In this document: piece by piece, positions 19,497 to 28,140 of the stretch
Position numbering within the stretch: position 1 is the stretch's first letter
Layout: every line of letters begins with the position of its first letter
Origin: Sedimentisphaeraceae bacterium JB056
GTDB lineage: Bacteria; Planctomycetota; Phycisphaerae; Sedimentisphaerales; Sedimentisphaeraceae
Assembly: GCA_044440125.1 (NCBI GenBank)
Contig: JBITAJ010000028.1
Coordinates: 224,001-288,000 of the forward strand
Length of the DNA stretch: 64,000 nt
Direction of reading: 5' to 3'
The notes under the pieces: generated by a model
The model's input: the letters and a program-made list of their open reading frames with translations, nothing else
The model's database searches: none
What the model was told of the DNA's origin: nothing
Position numbers and translations under genes: made by a program

Positions 19497-19910
19497 ATGG
19501 ATGTAAAAATCAAAAATCTTGATGCAGAGATGGCACTCAAGGCCAAAGGAATGGAACTGGATGTTAAAGGCCCCGGCGGCAAGTCCACAGTCGGTACTCT
19601 CGCAGTAAAGAAATCCGGGCTTGTATGGACAAAAGGTAAAGCAAAGCCGGTAAACATCACATGGAAGAAATTCCTCGCCATTGTTGATGACATGACTGCG
19701 CCTAAGGCTGCGGCAAAACCAGCAGCAAAGAAAGCCACAAAGAAAGCGGCTAAGAAAACAACTAAGAAGGCTGCTGCTAAAAAAGCAACAAAGAAGGTAG
19801 CAAAGAAAGCTACTAAGAAAGCTGCTCCAAAAAAGGCCGTTAAGAAGGCTGTAAAAAAAGTTGCAAAAAAAGCTAAAAAAGCAACAAAAAAAGCGACTAA
19901 GAAAGCATAA
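19497..19910 (+). CDS. histone H1-like Lys/Ala-rich DNA-binding protein with a small N-terminal globular domain
   Basis: ggag RBS; about 70 C-terminal residues of KKATKK/KKAAKK/KKVAKK repeats; terminator follows. Confidence 0.8.
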   Translation: MDVKIKNLDAEMALKAKGMELDVKGPGGKSTVGTLAVKKSGLVWTKGKAKPVNITWKKFLAIVDDMTAPKAAAKPAAKKATKKAAKKTTKKAAAKKATKKVAKKATKKAAPKKAVKKAVKKVAKKAKKATKKATKKA

Positions 19911-19929
19911 TTCATTTAATGCTGAACGT

Positions 19930-19970
19930 TAAAGAGGCGTCGATGAAAATAATTCAAAGACGCCTTTTTT
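19930..19970. terminator. intrinsic terminator
   Basis: aggcgtc...gacgcctttttt. Confidence 0.7.
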
Positions 19971-19981
19971 CATTCCACTCA

Positions 19982-21859
19982 TCAATTAATCGCAAAAGCA
20001 ATTATTCTTGCTGAAGTTCCTTTGCTTTTCGGATTCTTATCAGACGACAGCTTCAATTTCAATTTATGATTGCCTGTTGCCAATTCCTTTTCCAGCATAA
20101 CAGTTCGCGGGTAATGCAAACTCTCACTGAAATGGTGATACAAATCTGCGGTCTTTGTTTCGCTGTCATCAATTGAATATTCAACAATTCCCGCATCAGG
20201 ACCTGCAACAACAAAAAGACCAATTGCAGTTGAATCAAAATCAAGTTCAAACCAATCCTCAGGCTGCTCAGCACAAAGCATATTTATCTTACTAAACCTC
20301 TCACGGCTTTGGCCTTCTATATTCTTCCAATCAGGAATCTCGACTCTCCATCCCGAATCAATCGCCGCATTATCTACATCAAGAAGCAAACCATTGTAAT
20401 ATGAATACTCATCCATTAACTCAGGCATAGAATGCTCAGAACCGGCAACCCCGGCAGCAGTATAACAATTATTAAGCAGAGTTCTTATAGATTGTCCGTA
20501 AATCTCCGCGCCAAAATCCGCCGGATGCACTCCACCGAATTTCTCCCAGTCAAATTCACTGGCCGCCATCCTTACCGCTACATCAGATGCAAAATTAACA
20601 GAACACAAATTATAATGCTCAGCAACTTTTTCATGTGCCGCAATTTCCACAGGCACTTTTGACTCCTGATAAGAAGCAATATGTGATTCATTGGCAGTAT
20701 AAAGCAATACGACATCAGTAAAAGGATTCGCATTCAACGCATGCCTAACAATCCCCTCAATGCCTTTGATGCATTCATTCGGAGTATGTGCGGCATCTCC
20801 TTTATCATTGACAGCAAACTCAACAAACAACAGATCGATCTTGCCCTTGCTCAGAACATCACGTTCAAGACGAAACGCACCGGTAGTAGAACAGGTCGAA
20901 GCTATACCTGCATTGATGAATTCAAAATCTGTTTCAGGGAACATTTTCTGCAAAGTCTTGCACGCCTTCGGGCGGTAGCCATCCATCTCAGTAATCGAAC
21001 CGCCAAGAAAAGCAACCCTGCCCTTCTTAGTATCAGTAAATACAGAATAGCTGTTACCCAAATCACCGCGGGCAACGATATGATCATTCAAGCCGATAGT
21101 ATTGGCAAGTATAAAGTCGACTATCACAGTCGGATCTTCCAGACTGTGAGGGTGATGATCAACTCCCGCCTTCGACACAACCCTTATCCTGCCGCCAAGC
21201 TCTTCATACCTCTCAGCCAGCACATTCGTATTCTCTACCATCGGCACAGTCTGATCGACCTCTCCGCAAACATGCAGCAGCGGAATATCTGCCGCCGCTA
21301 TAGGTTCAAGATTGCCTATCGGAGTATCATTGAACTCTGCCGCACTCTTCTCATCAAGCCCGTAAATCGCAAGACACTTGACTTTATCCTCTTCGCTGCC
21401 CGGCCCACTCTTAAGCCCCAGCGGCCAGCTCTTGATATCACACACCGGAGCATCCGCATATATACACGAAACCTTATCGGGATTTTTTGCCGTCCAGTTG
21501 TAAACGATAAGTCCGCCGCGGCTGTAGCCTTCCATCGCAGGCTTTGTTGCAAATCCAAGCTTGCAGGTCATCAGCTCGTAGAACTTATCCCAGTGCGCGA
21601 CCGCAACCGGCGAACCATACATATCCGACACATCAATATACGCAACCGCAAATCCCCTGCCAAGCAAGGCAATATCAGTCTGCGGCTCATGGCCGAAGAA
21701 TCTCGCACGCCAAAGCCACGGCTTGCCGCTTGCATGCTCTTTAGGCATCACAATTATGCAATCGCGACCGTCAAAAACAAAGTCGTACCTGTCAAATCCA
21801 TAAAAATCGGATTTCTCTTTCTTTATACCGTCAAATGATTCACTGGAGATATTTCCCAT
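19982..21859 (-). CDS. alpha/beta-hydrolase + SGNH/GDSL esterase fusion (likely carbohydrate esterase)
   Basis: GYSRGG nucleophile elbow and HHPH in the N-terminal half; AFLGGSITE, INAGI, VEFAVND and GVHP in the C-terminal half. Confidence 0.82.
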   Translation of the reverse strand: MGNISSESFDGIKKEKSDFYGFDRYDFVFDGRDCIIVMPKEHASGKPWLWRARFFGHEPQTDIALLGRGFAVAYIDVSDMYGSPVAVAHWDKFYELMTCKLGFATKPAMEGYSRGGLIVYNWTAKNPDKVSCIYADAPVCDIKSWPLGLKSGPGSEEDKVKCLAIYGLDEKSAAEFNDTPIGNLEPIAAADIPLLHVCGEVDQTVPMVENTNVLAERYEELGGRIRVVSKAGVDHHPHSLEDPTVIVDFILANTIGLNDHIVARGDLGNSYSVFTDTKKGRVAFLGGSITEMDGYRPKACKTLQKMFPETDFEFINAGIASTCSTTGAFRLERDVLSKGKIDLLFVEFAVNDKGDAAHTPNECIKGIEGIVRHALNANPFTDVVLLYTANESHIASYQESKVPVEIAAHEKVAEHYNLCSVNFASDVAVRMAASEFDWEKFGGVHPADFGAEIYGQSIRTLLNNCYTAAGVAGSEHSMPELMDEYSYYNGLLLDVDNAAIDSGWRVEIPDWKNIEGQSRERFSKINMLCAEQPEDWFELDFDSTAIGLFVVAGPDAGIVEYSIDDSETKTADLYHHFSESLHYPRTVMLEKELATGNHKLKLKLSSDKNPKSKGTSARIIAFAIN

Positions 21860-21954
21860 TTTCTACTCCTGTTTACAACCTAACCATATTCACACAAATA
21901 AAAAAGGCTCCCGTTTTGGAAGCCTTTGAGTCTTTCAGTATTTCGCCAATTACT

Positions 21955-23229
21955 TTACTTTTTGACAATCTTTTCCTTGCCGCCCATATACGGCCTGAGT
22001 ACCTCAGGTATAGTGATAGAACCATCGGCATTCTGGTAAAGCTCCATAATCGGAATCAAAACACGCGGCGAAGCAATAACAGTATTGTTCAGCGTATGAC
22101 AGAACACATTTCTCTTCGTGTCCTTTTCCTTATATCTGAGGTTCATACGCCTTGCCTGGAAGTCGTAGAAACGACTGGCCGAATGCGTCTCGCCGTAGCT
22201 CTCACGTGAAGGCATCCATGTCTCGATATCATACTTCTTAGCCTGTCCCTTGCCAAGATCGCCGCTGCAGACATTTACAACCCTGTAAGGAAGCTTCAAC
22301 GCCTGCAATACGCCCTCGGAATTGGCAAGTATCTCATCATGATACTTCTTGCTCTCTTCGATATCGTTCTTGCAGATGATAACCTGCTCAACCTTCTCGA
22401 ACTGATGTATCCTGTAAAGTCCGTGAGTATCTTTGCCCGCGGCTCCGGCCTCACGCCTGAAACAGTTACTCATCGCGCATATCTTCACCGGCAGATCATC
22501 TTCGCTCAAAATCTCATCGCTGTGATAAGCAGTCAGCGGCACCTCTGCGGTACCGACAAGGCTGAGCTGATCGCGTTCAAGCATATAGGTCTGCTCTTCG
22601 GCTCCGGGGAAGTAACCCGTGCCCCTCATAGCCTCTTCACGCATCAGAAGCGGCACAGACATCGGAGTGTAGCCTCTCTGGTTCATAAAATCGATACTGA
22701 ACCTGAGCACCGCCCAGTGAAGCATCGCACCATCACCCTTGAGGAAGTAGTTTCTCGTACCCGCAAGCTTGACACCCCTCTCGATATCAAGCATATCAAG
22801 ATCAATACCAAGCTGAACATGGTCCTTAGGCTCAAAATCAAACTCACGAATCTCGCCGACCTTGCGGAGCTCAACATTTTCCGTATCATCCTTGCCAAGC
22901 GGCACATCTTCGTCAGAAGGCTGCGGCACAAAAAGCATAAGCTTGTCGAATTCAGGAGTAAGCTCCTTGAGCTCTGAATCAACCTTGCCCTCATCTTCTT
23001 TCAAAGATGCAAGTTTAGCAAGAGCATCTTTCTTCTCATCAGGAGAAAGCTTCGGTATCGTCTTGCCAACACTATTCTTTTCTGTAGCGATATCCTGCAA
23101 TTTAGCCTTAAGGTCACGAATCGAAGCGTCAAGCTCGATCAATCGGGCAATATCCACATCAAAATGCTTGTCTATCGCCGCTTGTTGGTATTTTTCAGGA
23201 TTTTCACGTATCAGTTTTATATCTATCAT
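21955..23229 (-). CDS. serS: serine--tRNA ligase
   Basis: MIDIKLIRENP, LVGTAEVPL, CFRREAGAAGKDTHGLYRIHQFEKVE, KKYDIETWMP, HTLNNT. Confidence 0.97.
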   Translation of the reverse strand: MIDIKLIRENPEKYQQAAIDKHFDVDIARLIELDASIRDLKAKLQDIATEKNSVGKTIPKLSPDEKKDALAKLASLKEDEGKVDSELKELTPEFDKLMLFVPQPSDEDVPLGKDDTENVELRKVGEIREFDFEPKDHVQLGIDLDMLDIERGVKLAGTRNYFLKGDGAMLHWAVLRFSIDFMNQRGYTPMSVPLLMREEAMRGTGYFPGAEEQTYMLERDQLSLVGTAEVPLTAYHSDEILSEDDLPVKICAMSNCFRREAGAAGKDTHGLYRIHQFEKVEQVIICKNDIEESKKYHDEILANSEGVLQALKLPYRVVNVCSGDLGKGQAKKYDIETWMPSRESYGETHSASRFYDFQARRMNLRYKEKDTKRNVFCHTLNNTVIASPRVLIPIMELYQNADGSITIPEVLRPYMGGKEKIVKK

Positions 23230-23364
23230 TATTGAACCTCGCCGATTCACGGCTTTTCAAATAGTTTCATATACACAAATTGCTACATTTTTACAACAAA
23301 AAGGCCATTATCGTAAAAAAAACACCATTGTCAATCAAAATCAAAACCCAAAAACAAAGCCGCA

Positions 23365-23392
23365 CCCATATCGCCCAAAAGTCTCATAAGTC
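23365..23392 (+). repeat. 9-mer tandem repeat block (left flank of the four-helix-bundle remnant)
   Basis: cccatatcg-cccaaaagt-ctcataagt. Confidence 0.6.
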
Positions 23393-23459
23393 GCACTCAA
23401 TACATAAAAAATTCAGCCAAACAGCTGTATTTGTCAGAAAATTAGCCTCGCAGAAGGAT

Positions 23460-23660
23460 TCAAATTCCGATTCGTTTCGAACTTTCTTTGAGACAAGAAA
23501 GGGCGAAATAGTAGCTAATATCGCAATATGCCTTATCTATCAGACAAAATATCTGCTTGGTAAGCAAATCGAGCAACTCGAAGCCGATTTCCTTAAGCAC
23601 GGCGGAATAAGAGAGAGAATGACCGCCGCAAGAATCGCCGCACGCAACAAAAAAAAACAT
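23460..23660 (+). pseudogene. remnant of a four-helix-bundle suffix domain gene (23S rRNA intervening-sequence-protein-like family)
   Basis: EIVANIAICLIYQTKYLLGKQIEQLEADFLKHGGIRERMTAARIAAR matches the C-terminal suffix; no N-terminal bundle and no credible start. Confidence 0.7.
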
Positions 23661-23669
23661 AACCACCGT

Positions 23670-23705
23670 CCCATATGTCCCAAAAGTCTTATCAGTCCCA
23701 TGAAT
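23670..23705 (+). repeat. 9-mer tandem repeat block (right flank)
   Basis: cccatatgt-cccaaaagt-cttatcagt-cccatgaat. Confidence 0.6.
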
Positions 23706-23924
23706 ATCACTATACGAGAATAAGAACGGTAGACAACCCTATTTAATTTCACTTATACGGTGTCAATGGAGTAATAAGAGATAATAACCGCCGCAAGTAA
23801 CAAAAATAAAAGACAGTTAAAAAGCAATTAATAATATTAATACTGTTTATTTCAAATACTCTAAAGTCATAATATTTTAATCTACTTGTTTAGAGCAAAA
23901 ATAACTTAAAATTAGACAATATAC

Positions 23925-25235
23925 TTAAATACATTCTATCAATTTTCGTTGAATTAAACCCTCGTATTTCGATATTTTATGTATCTGACCTCTAACACTA
24001 GCACTATAATATCTTGAATAGATATCGGGGTATATATCCGCTATATTGATTGGTATATTTAATTGTTCTAAATCAGCCAAGGTAATATATTCTGCACCAC
24101 TTCCCCTAAGAATTAAACCCTCAATTTGTTTAAATGAAAGAATAGTTCTTAACGCAAAAAATAACTGTTTTTTTCTATCCTCTGATTTAGGACGAACTAT
24201 ATACACACAATCAGTACAACCACCACCATGAGTCCCTGTTAACATACCTAATGATTTTTGACAATTTCTACCAATTCTTTTAAGTAAAAAATCATTGGGT
24301 TGTACAACATAAGGACCTATATTCCCCTCTACGTTTTTAACTCGTTGATGATTCCATCTACCATTTCGATAATCAGTTGTATGAATTGCACTATTAACCC
24401 CATGAGGTGAGGATGCATTACCTCTATATACATCAGCAAGATCAGACAAAGGTATCCAGCCTGCATTGGAAGATCTTAACTGAAGATTATCAAACCATTG
24501 TTTTGCGGCATAAAATCGATAATCCAAACGCATACCATCCTCTAAAGAACATGGACTCAAAACTATATTGTCGGGATTTTTTAATCTATGATTATGTAAT
24601 TTGATTGGTTTTGTTTTTGTAGATTTCTCAAAAACAAACAAATAGACACGAGCCTCAACTTTCTTAAACGTAAATTTTGAAAGCTCATGCACATGAGATA
24701 TTTTCCCAATATTTAATAGATATTGTCTTACACATTCTGATGCTTTTCCTGAAATAACAGAGGCAGGAAGAATTGCTAAAATACGACCTTGCGGTCTTAG
24801 GAATTGGACAGCATTTACTATAAAAACAGATTCAATTGGTAGTTTTTTTACTAACTCAGGAGATTTTGTTGTGGCTGGTATTTTCACCTCACGCCATTCT
24901 TTTCTTTGACCAGAAAATGGAGGATTCATTACAATACAATCGAACAACTTATCATCTTCTACAACTATGTCATTGGACTCAATATCTAAAAAATCTTTAT
25001 TTATTAAATTAAGAGAATCTCCTAAATGAGGGCTTAAAAAATCGTCAACAAATTCAAGGACTTTACCATCAATATCTACACAATAAACTATACCTTTATT
25101 ATTTACCAATCTTCGCAAAAATGGTTTAATAAGAATACCTGTTCCAACTGCAGGATCAAGTATTTTTTTTATACCTTTTGGCGCCCAACGAGCAAGAGCA
25201 AAAGCAACATCATCAGGGGTTTCATATCTCTTCAT
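23925..25235 (-). CDS. N6-adenine-type DNA methyltransferase fused to an HsdS-like target recognition domain
   Basis: motif I ILDPAVGTGIL, motif IV DCIVMNPPF, LRPQGRILAILP; C-terminal WIPLSDLADVYRG...DFLLKRIG...GSGAEYITLADLEQLNIP; ATG 25235 has a ggag RBS and overlaps the upstream stop. Confidence 0.85.
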   Translation of the reverse strand: MKRYETPDDVAFALARWAPKGIKKILDPAVGTGILIKPFLRRLVNNKGIVYCVDIDGKVLEFVDDFLSPHLGDSLNLINKDFLDIESNDIVVEDDKLFDCIVMNPPFSGQRKEWREVKIPATTKSPELVKKLPIESVFIVNAVQFLRPQGRILAILPASVISGKASECVRQYLLNIGKISHVHELSKFTFKKVEARVYLFVFEKSTKTKPIKLHNHRLKNPDNIVLSPCSLEDGMRLDYRFYAAKQWFDNLQLRSSNAGWIPLSDLADVYRGNASSPHGVNSAIHTTDYRNGRWNHQRVKNVEGNIGPYVVQPNDFLLKRIGRNCQKSLGMLTGTHGGGCTDCVYIVRPKSEDRKKQLFFALRTILSFKQIEGLILRGSGAEYITLADLEQLNIPINIADIYPDIYSRYYSASVRGQIHKISKYEGLIQRKLIECI

Positions 25236-26148
25236 CAACAGCTCCAAAATCAATGTCGAAAAGATGCCATTTTGAAGTTTTAGAACTCCTTCCAGTCTTC
25301 TTTGACGGAAAATCATACACAAGTGCCACATCCTCATGCTCACATGCAAAAAGAGCTGCACCAATAGCATGAGGTTTGGTTCCAATAGGGCTAATCAAAA
25401 GTCTTTCTCTATTACTTGGGTCACACGATTTATAAATCTTCTCTATAACATTATATGCAACTTTAGGGTTTTGTGCGCCACTATATAAAATATTCCTACC
25501 TGCATTCTTTTCTTGCAAGATAGAAACACTATTTGCAAAAGAATTCATCTCCCAACCAGGATGGAAAGCCGGAACTCCGTAGACAAAAGAACACATTGAT
25601 GGCTGAATTTCTAAGCTTTCAAACGCCTGACGTAAGCGGTCACCCTCATAACCGAGCAAGAATAATGCTTTTGTAGATATGCCTTTCCTCAACATATATG
25701 TTGCGTACGGAATTCCCACAAAACCTTTTATTTCGTCTGATAACTCAAAATCTCTCTTACTTAAAACATATCTTTTATGAGGATCTTTCGTGTAGTCTTG
25801 TGGCTCCATATATAATAAAGTGGTCTTTTTTCGCGACATACCTTTAATCGCACGGCATGCAAGAAAAATTTCCACAAACCCGAGAGTTGTGGTCTCTAAT
25901 AATATAGAACCTTCTCCCAATCCCTCTATTAACTCTTCAATATCCTCGGCACAGTATGTTTTATCATCGAAAAATATTCTCAATGAATTTGGGCAATATT
26001 CTAATTTGTGGGTATTGACACATTTATCTTCACAAAACTTTATAGCAGAGCGACCTCTGTCATCTACGCTAACCCCACTAATAGCATGATCCCATCCTGA
26101 AAAATGCAAGTCACCCTCATTTTCTCCACATTGCATTGAAATTTTCAT
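25222..26148 (-). CDS. uncharacterised alpha/beta protein (possibly tandem CARF-like Rossmannoid), third gene of the island operon
   Basis: 308 aa; ATGA-coupled to the ATPase; conserved-looking motifs LLYMEPQDY, FLLGYEGDR, GVPAFHPGWE, ISPIGTKPHAIGA, VYDFP. Confidence 0.7.
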   Translation of the reverse strand: MKISMQCGENEGDLHFSGWDHAISGVSVDDRGRSAIKFCEDKCVNTHKLEYCPNSLRIFFDDKTYCAEDIEELIEGLGEGSILLETTTLGFVEIFLACRAIKGMSRKKTTLLYMEPQDYTKDPHKRYVLSKRDFELSDEIKGFVGIPYATYMLRKGISTKALFLLGYEGDRLRQAFESLEIQPSMCSFVYGVPAFHPGWEMNSFANSVSILQEKNAGRNILYSGAQNPKVAYNVIEKIYKSCDPSNRERLLISPIGTKPHAIGAALFACEHEDVALVYDFPSKKTGRSSKTSKWHLFDIDFGAVDEEI

Positions 26149-28139
26149 GCCTCACCTTCCTCTAAAAGGTGAGAAAATAAAGTTGGATTAGCATCATCAA
26201 GTGAGACTTTCCATTTATTGGAATAACTCTTTAATAGACTCTTTTTTTCTTCATAATTCCCATTTATTAACACTCTAATCTCTTCAGTCTTTAATTCTAT
26301 TTTTCTTTTTTTTCGGTATGTAATATTAAAATAAGGTGAATATATAGGGTTCAAAATATATTCATAATTCGTCTGTTGTATTGAGGGATCTTTAATTTTA
26401 GTTTCTTCCACCTTAAATAGAACAGACCACTTGACCGCCTCTTTCAAAAGGTTAAAATCTTCTTCTGTCAATGATTCACCTTTAGATATAACAAAATGCG
26501 AACGCTCTGGTTCACTTTGTGCTAATATACGATGTGATAGTGCAAATAACGAACCAAGACTTAAAGTGAATGAATGCAATTTATTTCCAAATCTTCCGAA
26601 GCTGCTAACCTCTTCTAAGAATATCGCACTTGTTTGCCTCGCTGCAATAGCTTGGTTAGAAGCTGAAACGACTAACTGGTCAGTGCTATCCATTTCAATA
26701 CTTTGAACTGATTTATGACATAACTCTAAGAAATGCCTTAGATTGCCTCGAGATAATGAACAAAAAGTTTCGAATCCAGAATAGAACTCACAAGTTACCG
26801 AATGGCTTTCATACAATGATAAAAGACAACCAATAAAGTTGTTATGAATCCAATTAGTTCTACCTGTAAAATCATTATCTTTCCCCTCTTTAAGTTTATT
26901 AAATTCTTCGAGAATCTTTTGAGGTTTTAATCGTGATCGATAAAGCAATGCTGAATTTATAATCGTTGCCTTTGGCAGTTTTTCATCATAAAAATCATTA
27001 ATACCAAAACTCTCATTTCTGCTTTTCAATGCTTTTTCTATTCGCTTCTTGATTTTTTTATTTAGTGTAGTGTCTTGAAAGACTTCCTTTGAAAGTTCTT
27101 CCTCAGTTTTCCCGGGAAATAGCTTATTTATTTGATTAATTAGTCTTGTTTTGTACTTATTACACCTTCTCTTATTAAGACTTTCAGGATTCCGAAGATT
27201 CTTACAATCTATTGGAATTGACTCGTACCCAGCTTGCTCTAAATTCAAATAAAGAACTTCAGCTGCAAATATTGGGAATTGATGATCTATAAGATATTGG
27301 TCAATGTCGTGAACTCTATAATCTGCGACATCATTAATAGATTCATCTCCATCTGTCCTAGTCGTTTTAAAGCCATTTCTCTTCATTGCAATATTAAAAA
27401 TCAAAGGTGATTCACTATGCTTTAAATAAGTATTAATAATCCTTTGCTGGTATTCATGTAAATTTTCATATTCATCTACATAAACGAAAAAATTGGTATT
27501 CTCTAACAGCTTTACCTGTCGTTGGATTTCTGAAACCAGAGCATGAAGGAATTTATCACCTGGTAAAAATGATGGCTCCTCCTTTCTACGAGCATTGGCA
27601 ACCCACGAATCAAATTCCCATAATTCATTTTCTAAATTATCAATTAAACCCCTTATTCCCACATCAAAATTCTCACCAAATGGCAATAATCGCTTAAATG
27701 AAACATTTGCAATATCTTCACTGCTAATTAAGTCTGGCTGGTTTCCTTCTATATTCAGAATACTGTTAAGTATCTCAATGCCCAGCACTAAAGCAAGCAA
27801 ATGCCTAAATGCCGATTCCCAAACATCATCTTCATGTCCCCGCTCTATCATAAGCCTAGCAAATTGTGTATCTGCCCGCCAATATAGACCTATACGAGAA
27901 ACTGCATTGCAATCAATTGACACTCTATCAGGAGAAAAGATGCTTTGGTGTGAAAGGTATCTTAAAAGCATGGTTTTCCCACATCCCCGACCACCAACTA
28001 TAACACATGGTTTTCGTCCCTCTTTTAAGTCAAGTTTATCAAAGAATGGAGGCACAACGAAATGTTTCCAAACATCATACCCAAGCTCTTCGGTTCTATT
28101 TTTAGTAAATACAGTGCTAATATCTTTTGTTTCACTCAT
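26145..28139 (-). CDS. STAND/ORC-CDC6-like P-loop ATPase
   Basis: Walker A VIVGGRGCGKT, Walker B FVYVDEYENL, helical GNLRHFLELC motif, wHTH-like C-terminus; start MSETKD 1 nt after the upstream stop. Confidence 0.85.
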   Translation of the reverse strand: MSETKDISTVFTKNRTEELGYDVWKHFVVPPFFDKLDLKEGRKPCVIVGGRGCGKTMLLRYLSHQSIFSPDRVSIDCNAVSRIGLYWRADTQFARLMIERGHEDDVWESAFRHLLALVLGIEILNSILNIEGNQPDLISSEDIANVSFKRLLPFGENFDVGIRGLIDNLENELWEFDSWVANARRKEEPSFLPGDKFLHALVSEIQRQVKLLENTNFFVYVDEYENLHEYQQRIINTYLKHSESPLIFNIAMKRNGFKTTRTDGDESINDVADYRVHDIDQYLIDHQFPIFAAEVLYLNLEQAGYESIPIDCKNLRNPESLNKRRCNKYKTRLINQINKLFPGKTEEELSKEVFQDTTLNKKIKKRIEKALKSRNESFGINDFYDEKLPKATIINSALLYRSRLKPQKILEEFNKLKEGKDNDFTGRTNWIHNNFIGCLLSLYESHSVTCEFYSGFETFCSLSRGNLRHFLELCHKSVQSIEMDSTDQLVVSASNQAIAARQTSAIFLEEVSSFGRFGNKLHSFTLSLGSLFALSHRILAQSEPERSHFVISKGESLTEEDFNLLKEAVKWSVLFKVEETKIKDPSIQQTNYEYILNPIYSPYFNITYRKKRKIELKTEEIRVLINGNYEEKKSLLKSYSNKWKVSLDDANPTLFSHLLEEGEA

Positions 28140-28140
28140 T

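Noticed and set aside
19481..19915. 144-aa Phe/Ala/Leu-rich ORF on the minus strand that looks like a membrane protein
   Set aside because: It is the antisense shadow of the Lys/Ala repeat gene, which has the RBS and terminator
20741..21838. 365-aa plus-strand ORF
   Set aside because: Entirely antisense to the esterase gene; no motifs
25236..25385. ORF-track N-terminal extensions of the methylase (and of the ATPase at 28140-28214)
   Set aside because: They overlap upstream genes; internal ATGs at 25235 and 28139 give coupled starts
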